Positions 18,263 to 24,627 of a DNA stretch of 33,996 nt are shown piece by piece (within the stretch, counting starts at the first letter, position 1; each line of letters begins with the position of its first letter). The stretch covers positions 1 through 33,996 of the forward strand of contig CAYHUW010000001.1 of assembly GCA_964359685.1 (NCBI GenBank), in the 5' to 3' direction. Below the pieces are notes generated by a model. The model searched no databases. It saw nothing but the letters and a program-made list of their open reading frames with translations, and was not told the origin of the DNA. This DNA comes from an uncultured Candidatus Saccharibacteria bacterium. GTDB taxonomy: Bacteria; Patescibacteriota; Minisyncoccia; Phycocordibacterales; Phycocordibacteraceae. The position numbers and the translations under genes are program-made.

Positions 18263-18387
18263 ATCCCGTTAGAGGGCAAAACATGTTACTGCGGCATTTA
18301 TATCAAAGTAAGCACTACGTAGGTCGGAGTCTCATTATTTCTAACTTTGTACGGACACCGCAGGTGTCCTACCTCTAACGGGATGAA
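18260..18387. mobile_element. 120-bp MITE-like element (TIR TCCCGTTAGAGG) with TGAA target duplication
   Basis: TGAA|TCCCGTTAGAGG (18264-18275) ... CCTCTAACGGGA (18372-18383)|TGAA. The termini match those of the GIY-YIG cassette at 20138-20417. There is an internal hairpin GGACACC-GCA-GGTGTCC. Confidence 0.75.
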
Positions 18388-18700
18388 AACCGACAAGCAG
18401 ATAACTGAAGGAATTATGCGCCGTGTGTACGGAGTGTATTTTATGCGCCGGCTTTCGCATCCTGCTGTGCGTCTCGGGGTGTTTCTTGCGCTACTTCTCT
18501 CGCTCCGCGAATTGGTGTGGGTTTCGCGTGTATTTGAAAATATGTCTCACAAAAACGGTGTCGTTGAATTCGTTCAGTACGGCATCTCTGCATTTGCCGG
18601 TACTGAGTTCATTGTGCAGCTCGTTGTCCTTATGGGTGCGTTCATTTTCGCCTACAGTATCAGAGACCTTTTCGGTCTCAGACAACCGCAATTCGCATAA
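18383..18700 (+). CDS. small membrane protein, candidate anti-sigma partner of the ECF sigma
   Basis: 105 aa starting at ATG 18383 (MKTDKQITEG...), with two predicted TM segments. The position downstream of an ECF sigma gene suggests the role. The ATG is rebuilt from the last A of the element plus the duplicated TG. Confidence 0.55.
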   Translation: MKTDKQITEGIMRRVYGVYFMRRLSHPAVRLGVFLALLLSLRELVWVSRVFENMSHKNGVVEFVQYGISAFAGTEFIVQLVVLMGAFIFAYSIRDLFGLRQPQFA

Positions 18701-18701
18701 C

Positions 18702-18730
18702 AAAAAAGCCCCGCACAAGCGGGGCTTTTT
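18702..18730. terminator. bidirectional rho-independent terminator
   Basis: AAAAAAGCCCCGC, ACAA loop, GCGGGGCTTTTT. It lies between convergent genes, the membrane protein (+) and recA (-). Confidence 0.8.
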
Positions 18731-19762
18731 CTATAGTCCTTCCGCCAGTTTGGCGCGGATCTGTTTCAGAAGGTCGTTCGCGATTGGTTTGTTTTCCCTC
18801 AGGAACGTGCGGGTGGCGTCGTACCCGACCGCGAGTTTTTGTTCTCCCATTTTGTACGTGGAGCCGCTTTTCGCCACGAGGCCGAATTTTTCTCCGAGCG
18901 CAATCAACTCGCCCTCGCGGGAAATGCCCTCGTTGTACATCAGATCAAACTCGGTAGCCTTGAACGGTGCCGCCACCTTGTTTTTTACCACCTTCACCCG
19001 CACGCGTCCGCCCACTACTTCTTCGCCTTTCTTAATCTGCGCGATACGGCGGATATCAAGACGCACGGATGTGTAGAACTTCAGCGCCTTGCCGCCGGGC
19101 GTTGTTTCGGGATTGCCGAACATCACGCCGATTTGCATACGGATTTGGTTGATGAAAATCACCACTGTTTTTGAACGCGCAACGATTGCCGTCATTTTGC
19201 GAAGTGCCTGCGACATCAGCCTGGCCTGGCGTCCGACGTGCTGTGCACCCATGTCGCCTTCAATTTCCGCCTGAGGCGTAAGCGCGGCGACTGAGTCAAT
19301 AACAATCACATCAATCTTTCCTGAGCGAATCAAAGACTCCGCAATGTCCAGGGCCTGTTCTCCCGTGTCCGGCTGCGACACCAGAAGATCATCAATTTTT
19401 ACGCCGAGACGCTTCGCATATTCCGGGTCAAGCGCATGTTCCGCATCTATAAACGCACACACGCCGCCTTTTTTCTGCGCTTCCGCGGTGATGTGGAGGG
19501 AAAGAGTCGTCTTACCCGAAGATTCAGGACCGAAAATTTCTATAATGCGACCGCGGGGGACTCCGCCGATTCCGAGCGCGGCATCAAGTCCGATGGAACC
19601 CGTCGGGATAGCGTCAACGCCCGTTTTCGGGCGCATACCGAGCGTGGTTATCGCTTCGTCACCGAATTTTGTTTTGATTGAGGCGATTGCGTCGTCTATC
19701 GCGGTTTTTTTATCAGAGGAGGGTGCCGGTCGGGGTTCTTTTTCAGTTTTCTTCTTCGCCAT
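18731..19762 (-). CDS. recA: recombinase RecA
   Basis: 343 aa. Contains GPESSGKTT (Walker A), [10 protein letters not shown] and the L1/L2 loop regions. Confidence 0.97.
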   Translation of the reverse strand: MAKKKTEKEPRPAPSSDKKTAIDDAIASIKTKFGDEAITTLGMRPKTGVDAIPTGSIGLDAALGIGGVPRGRIIEIFGPESSGKTTLSLHITAEAQKKGGVCAFIDAEHALDPEYAKRLGVKIDDLLVSQPDTGEQALDIAESLIRSGKIDVIVIDSVAALTPQAEIEGDMGAQHVGRQARLMSQALRKMTAIVARSKTVVIFINQIRMQIGVMFGNPETTPGGKALKFYTSVRLDIRRIAQIKKGEEVVGGRVRVKVVKNKVAAPFKATEFDLMYNEGISREGELIALGEKFGLVAKSGSTYKMGEQKLAVGYDATRTFLRENKPIANDLLKQIRAKLAEGL

Positions 19763-20138
19763 AATTCGTGGTTGTTGTCGCTTGGGCTATAACAAAGGTA
19801 ATTGTTTTTGTAATGGTTCGGCCGAAACGGTCGCGACCGACTGCCGTGACTGCAGTATACCCTTTAGGGTACGCGCGCATAACTTCAAAACTCCCGTCCT
19901 CGTCAACGGCAACCTCGTCACCGTTTATGGTGAGGTAGGAAACCCGCTCAGTGTCGCCGTATAAAGCCGTTAAGCCGTTTTTCGGAGCGTACGAGAGCGT
20001 CAATGTCGGACCCCTAAGGTACGGGTACGCGGCAAAGAGGGCATACCCGAGAATGAAGAGGACGGCAAACGCCCCACCGGCTATGCTCAGTGTTTTTCTG
20101 CCGTCGCTCTCCCCGCCGATATTTTGGGGGAGTTTCAT
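19743..20138 (-). CDS. single-pass membrane protein, hypothetical
   Basis: 131 aa with a TM helix ([23 protein letters not shown]). The start ATG overlaps the GIY-YIG stop (ATGA), and the 3' end overlaps the recA start by 20 nt. Confidence 0.6.
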   Translation of the reverse strand: MKLPQNIGGESDGRKTLSIAGGAFAVLFILGYALFAAYPYLRGPTLTLSYAPKNGLTALYGDTERVSYLTINGDEVAVDEDGSFEVMRAYPKGYTAVTAVGRDRFGRTITKTITFVIAQATTTTNYGEEEN

Positions 20139-20421
20139 CCCGTTAGAGATAGGAAACGCTTCAGTCTGGTTTTCAAAAAGCGTTTACCTGGTCCCGATTT
20201 AAGATATAACTCTCTCGACCTTGCATCCTGCTCATTTTTGCACGATTCATAATAGATGAGTTCGTATGGGCCACGTTTTCTAGTCCACGTGCTTTTGTCC
20301 GCTTGGTGTTGAGTGAAGCGTTTCCGTAAATCATTTGTGTACCCGGTGTACCAATAACCACTTTTCATACTTCGAATAATATACACATAGAACCAACGGC
20401 TCGAATCTCTAACGGGATTCA
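20134..20421 (-). mobile_element. TIR-bounded GIY-YIG cassette with TGAA target duplication
   Basis: On the plus strand: TTCA|TCCCGTTAGAGAT (20138-20150) ... ATCTCTAACGGGA (20405-20417)|TTCA. The 13-nt inverted repeats are perfect and the flanking 4-nt repeats are direct. The element body is 280 bp. Confidence 0.75.
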
Positions 20422-20422
20422 T
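20135..20422 (-). CDS. GIY-YIG nuclease family protein (small stand-alone URI-domain type)
   Basis: 95 aa. Contains FYVYIIRS...GYWYTGYTNDLRKRFTQH and ELIYYE...R.RE..LK, which fit the GIY-YIG core. It has ATGA overlaps with both neighbouring genes. Confidence 0.85.
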   Translation of the reverse strand: MNPVRDSSRWFYVYIIRSMKSGYWYTGYTNDLRKRFTQHQADKSTWTRKRGPYELIYYESCKNEQDARSRELYLKSGPGKRFLKTRLKRFLSLTG

Positions 20423-21105
20423 TCCACTCCTTCGGTGTCGGTGCTCTTGCCCGACACCGTCAATACATCCCGCGGACGTGCGCCGTCCGCGGGGCCGATG
20501 ACACCCCGCTGCTCAAGAATGTCCATGAGCCGCGCCGCTCTCGCGTATCCGATTCTGAGTTTTCTCTGGAGGTACGACGTGGATGCTTTCCCCGCCTCCT
20601 CTACCGTCTGTTTTGCTTCTTCAAACAAGTCGTCTTCCGCCTCGTCGTCTTCAAGAGACGCGGAGAATATCGGGTTCGGCGTCTCCGACGTCGTGCCTGA
20701 AAGCGCAATGCCGTCAACCGAGGGTTCGTTGTTTTTCCGTATGTAGTCAACAACCGCCTTTACTTCATTTTCCGAAATATATGCCGTCTGAATACGGTGC
20801 GGTTTCGGCATGTCCGCCGACTGGTAGAGCATGTCGCCTGCGCCCAGAAGTTTTTCCGCTCCTGCGGCGTCCAAAATGGTGCGTGAGTCAAATTGAGAAG
20901 CGACCTGAAGCGCGATCCTCGCAGGCACGTTCGCTTTAATGAGGCCCGTAATAACATTCACCGACGGGCGTTGGGTGGAAAGGACGAGATGAATGCCGAC
21001 CGCGCGTGACATCTGCGCAAGCCGCACGACCGCCGCCTCCAGTTCCCTCGGATACGTCTGCATGATATCCGCAAGCTCGTCTATAACGATTACGATGTAG
21101 GGCAT
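20419..21105 (-). CDS. ftsK: DNA translocase FtsK/SpoIIIE, C-terminal fragment (Walker B, gamma wHTH)
   Basis: Contains YIVIVIDELADIM, LVLSTQRPSV and the C-terminal gamma domain STSYLQRKLRIGYARAARLMD. The frame stays open upstream to 21189. Confidence 0.85.
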   Translation of the reverse strand: MPYIVIVIDELADIMQTYPRELEAAVVRLAQMSRAVGIHLVLSTQRPSVNVITGLIKANVPARIALQVASQFDSRTILDAAGAEKLLGAGDMLYQSADMPKPHRIQTAYISENEVKAVVDYIRKNNEPSVDGIALSGTTSETPNPIFSASLEDDEAEDDLFEEAKQTVEEAGKASTSYLQRKLRIGYARAARLMDILEQRGVIGPADGARPRDVLTVSGKSTDTEGVE

Positions 21106-21189
21106 CTGGTCCGGCGCGTCGCCGTCTCCTTCTTTCCATTTCGCGACAACGTTCTCGTGGTACGAATGAATGTCGCGGACCGAGTGTCC

Positions 21190-22596
21190 CTACAAGAGGT
21201 TATAGCGTCGCTCCATCTCTTTAGCCGCCCACTTCAGAGAAATAATAGCCTTCTTCGGGTCGGTAATGACCGGCGTCAGAAGGTGGGGGATGGGGTTGTA
21301 GAGGGTCAGTTCAACCCGTTTCGGGTCAATCATAATAAACCGGAGTGATGCGGGGCCGTTTCTGTAGAGAAGCGATGTGATAAGCGCGTGAATCGCAACC
21401 GATTTCCCCGAGCCGGTAGCGCCCGCGACCAAAAGGTGCGGCATTTTTCCGATATTGGCGAAGTGCGAATTGCCCGCAATGTCGCGGCCTAATGCCACGG
21501 TAAGGGGTTTCTGATCCGTCTGGAATTTTGTGTCGCTTATGAGTGAACCGATTCCGACCGTTGCCTTCTGCGTGTTCGGCACCTCAATCCCCACCAGCGA
21601 TTTTCCGGGGATCGGAGCCTCTATGCGGACAGGCGCGGCGGCAAGCGCCAACTCCAGGTTATTTTGAAGTGCAAGAATTTTCTGAAGGCGCACTCCCTCC
21701 GCGGGCTTCAGTGCGTACCGCGTGACGGTGGGGCCGATAGATACTTCATCCATCTCAACATTGATGCCGAAATTCTGGAGGGTGCGTTTTATCAGGTTCG
21801 CGCTCGCTTTAATGTCGCCGGTGTCGGGTTTTCCGCGGTCGCCCTTCAGGAGGGAAGTCGGCGGCGGATTGTAGGCGCGGTCAACGGGTCTGAATGCTAT
21901 TGCGGAGACCTCCACCTGCGGAATCGGTTCGGGTTTCTTTTCTTTTTTCTGTCGCGAAATTTCGCGGGCGGGCGTTTCCGCGTTGTCTTCGTCTTCCCCG
22001 GCGGTTTCTTCATAGGTATCTTCGTACGCGCCCGTAACGGTGAGTTCTTCTTCCGGTACCGCGGCGTCTTTTCGTTTCAAGAATTCGGGGAAGGCGAGCG
22101 AGGGGAATTTCAAAGGCGTATCAAGCGCCAAAAGCGCACCCACAACCGCGAGTCCCGAGAGGATGATGAATGAAAATACGTAATCAAAAGGGTACAGGAA
22201 GAGCGAGGCGATGAGTTTACCCGCAAGCCCGCCCTGATTTCCTGCAAGCGAGAGAACCGAAATCCCGGACAAAAAGAGCAGAGCGGCTCCGATGACGCGC
22301 GTACCGCCCCAGCCCGTCTCCGGGTTCTGTCTGAAAAAGCCGATAGCGAGCGCAACGAAGACCAGCGGAATTAAAAAATATCCGAGCCCGAAAAGTCCTG
22401 AAGAGCCGAGGGATGTGTAGACCCATTCGCCGAGCCTGCCGCCGATGCCCATCGGAGCCAAAAGAAAGAGAACGGCGACAATAATTGAGAGGACGCCGTA
22501 AATGCTTTTTGCGGTTTCCTGTTTTACGTCGAGCGAGGGGGCTTTGAGGAGAGGTTGGTTCTTTTCCTTGTGCTTCCGTTTCGTGTTTTTCGCCAT
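21190..22596 (-). CDS. ftsK: DNA translocase FtsK/SpoIIIE, N-terminal fragment (TM region, linker, Walker A), ends at an in-frame TAG
   Basis: The likely start is ATG 22596 (MAKNTKRK...). It has four or more TM helices, VAGATGSGKS (Walker A) and KWAAKEMERRYNLL followed by TAG at 21190-21192. Confidence 0.85.
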   Translation of the reverse strand: MAKNTKRKHKEKNQPLLKAPSLDVKQETAKSIYGVLSIIVAVLFLLAPMGIGGRLGEWVYTSLGSSGLFGLGYFLIPLVFVALAIGFFRQNPETGWGGTRVIGAALLFLSGISVLSLAGNQGGLAGKLIASLFLYPFDYVFSFIILSGLAVVGALLALDTPLKFPSLAFPEFLKRKDAAVPEEELTVTGAYEDTYEETAGEDEDNAETPAREISRQKKEKKPEPIPQVEVSAIAFRPVDRAYNPPPTSLLKGDRGKPDTGDIKASANLIKRTLQNFGINVEMDEVSIGPTVTRYALKPAEGVRLQKILALQNNLELALAAAPVRIEAPIPGKSLVGIEVPNTQKATVGIGSLISDTKFQTDQKPLTVALGRDIAGNSHFANIGKMPHLLVAGATGSGKSVAIHALITSLLYRNGPASLRFIMIDPKRVELTLYNPIPHLLTPVITDPKKAIISLKWAAKEMERRYNLL

Positions 22597-22640
22597 AGGT
22601 ATTGTCGTTTTGTATGCGGATTTTATCATGGCAAGCGAGG

Positions 22641-22786
22641 AGCAACATGAAAGGGTGCTTTCATGTTGTCCGAGTGACGCCATGAGAAGCCTACTTACCA
22701 CGGTGAGTGAGGAGCGACGCGAAAGATTTTCTTTCATGTCGTCCGAACGACGCCGTGAAAAGCACCGCTAAGCACGACAGTCGGTG
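22641..22786. repeat. tandem ~73-nt duplication, each unit a hairpin plus a conserved tail
   Basis: CTTTCATGTTGTCCGAGTGACGCCATGAGAAGC (22658-22690) versus CTTTCATGTCGTCCGAACGACGCCGTGAAAAGC (22731-22763). Each is preceded by its complement, CATGAAAG or GCGAAAG. Confidence 0.7.
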
Positions 22787-22844
22787 AATTTTGTATCTGC
22801 GGCATTACGTGGCTCGGTTTTAAGACAGCCCAAGATGCGCCCTA

Positions 22845-22882
22845 CTTCTTCAAGGTTGAACCTTGAAGAAGTAATGAGTTTT
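22845..22882 (+). terminator. strong hairpin with T-run (terminator-like)
   Basis: CTTCTTCAAGG, TTGAA loop, CCTTGAAGAAG gives an 11-bp perfect stem. A TTTTT run follows 6 nt downstream. Confidence 0.45.
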
Positions 22883-23017
22883 TGTGGGGGCATCAAGGGT
22901 ATTGAATGTCGTATTGGGGAAACGTAACGACACAAAAAGGCACTTGCCCGCAAGGTGTCCATAAGCGTACGATATGCCCGATAGGAAGAATTTTAATGTC
23001 TGAAAAAGTCTTAGAAT

Positions 23018-23788
23018 ATGTCTGATAATAATCAAAAAGACAACATAAAGGACGTAAACGGGAAGCAATCCCTCAGGGCTTCTTTACCTCAGAGCGTACA
23101 GAACCTTATATCGGGAGACTATCGGACATATATAGTGAAAAAGTCAGAACGACTTGCTTCGGCGTTGTATGTCGTAACCGGGTTTATGCAGCAGGAAGAG
23201 CCGATGCGCAAAAAGTTACGGACAGGTGCTCTGGACATTATCGGTCTTTCCGCCCGGCCTTTGGGAATGAGCGTAGAGGGAGTTGAAAAGTTCAAAGCTC
23301 TCTGCGTTGAGATGGGAATGCTTTTGACTACCGCTCGCGGCGCGGGTCTCTTGTCCCAGATGAACGCCGGGCTCTTGTCTGAAGAGTACGCCCTTTTGGG
23401 TGCTTTTGTGTCTGAGAATTCACAGACACTCCGCGAAGGTAAAGTCTTAGCGTTTGAGACATTGCCTGCCCCGGTTGCAGGCCCGACGGAAAGTATTTCT
23501 GATAAAAGACATAAAAAAGTTTATTCTGCAAAGGAAAGAGAATCTAAAAGACAAAGAATAAATGTCCAAAACGGAGGTCAGTCAGAGAGAAGAAGAACTA
23601 TTCTTAATCTTATAGACTCTAAAGAAAAGATATCCATAAAGGACGCTGTCTCTATGATTCCCGGTGTCAGTGAGAAGACAATACAAAGGGAACTTCTGGC
23701 GCTTGTAAAAGAGGGGGCTGTGCTGAAAGAAGGGGAACGCAGGTGGAGTACCTATAAGAGAGTCCCCAACGTGGGTGTTTCTGCTTAA
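23018..23788 (+). CDS. hypothetical protein with C-terminal DeoR-like winged-HTH
   Basis: 256 aa. The C-terminus RRRTILNLIDSKEKISIKDAVSMIPGVSEKTIQRELLALVKEGAVLKEG resembles a wHTH domain. Confidence 0.7.
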   Translation: MSDNNQKDNIKDVNGKQSLRASLPQSVQNLISGDYRTYIVKKSERLASALYVVTGFMQQEEPMRKKLRTGALDIIGLSARPLGMSVEGVEKFKALCVEMGMLLTTARGAGLLSQMNAGLLSEEYALLGAFVSENSQTLREGKVLAFETLPAPVAGPTESISDKRHKKVYSAKERESKRQRINVQNGGQSERRRTILNLIDSKEKISIKDAVSMIPGVSEKTIQRELLALVKEGAVLKEGERRWSTYKRVPNVGVSA

Positions 23789-24042
23789 TAAGGTCTCAGA
23801 GGGCTTTTTGTACCCCCTAGTTACGCCATATTTTGTGTCTTGCCAGGTTAGTAGACTTTTGGCGACGTGCCTGCTCATAGTATGAATATACGCCATGTAT
23901 TGAGCCATATTTTTCTTTATGAAACTGTGGACACGAGGTACGCACATGAGCTTCGCCAAAAGCTCACTACCTGGCTTGCTGTTATAGGGGTTTTCGGCTA
24001 GTATGCCCCCTGTGGACTGGTAACCCTATCTGGCACAACAAC

Positions 24043-24066
24043 GGCCTCATATACGGGGCTTTTTTG
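24043..24066 (+). terminator. weak terminator-like hairpin with T6
   Basis: GCCTC, ATATAC loop, GGGGC, then TTTTTT. Confidence 0.35.
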
Positions 24067-24270
24067 TGTCATTTGTCCACAATACAGGCTACCCACCTTA
24101 TCGTAAGGTAAGGATAAGGCACGTATAATGGGGGGATTCCCGTACGCATGTTTCGGTTGCGCGTTTGTTGTGCCGCGTAACCGCTACCGCCCGAGTGAAC
24201 CTTGTCAATTTAATACCCTGAAATTCCCGTTGTGATACCGTCACGCGCGTGACGTTAATTTGCGCATTCC

Positions 24271-24338
24271 GTGGCTCGCTTCGCGACCACACTCGGATTT
24301 ACTAAACACGGAGTACCGTGAAGTAAATCTCAGCGCCG
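24271..24338 (+). ncRNA. structured RNA element, copy A (candidate 5' leader or sRNA)
   Basis: GTGGCTCG..GACCACACT..GATTTAC-TAAA-CACGG-AGTA-CCGTG-AA-GTAAATC-TCAGCGCCG. About 80% identical to 31290-31355, with compensatory changes in the stem. Confidence 0.6.
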
Positions 24339-24627
24339 AAAGAAAGCTCATACCACCTCGTCTGTACTCTGCACGTATCATTACCGTGCCATTAGCTTCG
24401 GTCTAACAACCGGAGTGATGGAATCGTTTTTCTTCCGTTCATTCAGGAATCAAAAAGAGATTCTAAAGAATGAACCACAAAAAGAAGAAAAACATTTTGT
24501 TGTGCTCTTTATCAGGTATGCGATGCCGATTTCGGAATTACCGAAGGCGGCATACATCGGTTTTCGTTCCCTCTATTTATAAGTGATCGGGAACGGAAAT
24601 CATTCAATTAGAAAATTACAAAACGAT

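Noticed and set aside
21190-21192. TAG reassignment (alternative genetic code) as the explanation for the in-frame stop in ftsK.
   Set aside because: TAG ends several well-defined genes here at positions consistent with homologs (8026..9864, metG, recA). TGA and TAA are also used as stops. No other housekeeping gene in the window has an internal stop.
24271-24285. Sigma-54 type promoter in the shared TGGCTCG...GC block of the A, B and C elements.
   Set aside because: The GG-to-GC spacing does not fit the -24/-12 consensus (GG-N10-GC) in any copy.
24271-24338. Possible 5S rRNA genes at 24271-24338 and 31267-31397. The blocks GACCACAC, AACACGGA, AAGT.AA and CAGCGCCGA occur in the same order as in bacterial 5S rRNA. 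Copy B even has a helix IV/V-like hairpin and 5S-like length.
   Set aside because: No convincing helix I can be formed; the best pairing is 4-8 bp with a bulge. The covariation-supported stem (GATTTAC/GTAAATC) places CCACAC outside the helix. The ACGG/CCGT pair is in the opposite order to 5S helix III. Copy A lacks the helix IV/V half entirely. I treat this as an unknown structured element that may be distantly 5S-derived. An Rfam 5S_rRNA scan would settle it.
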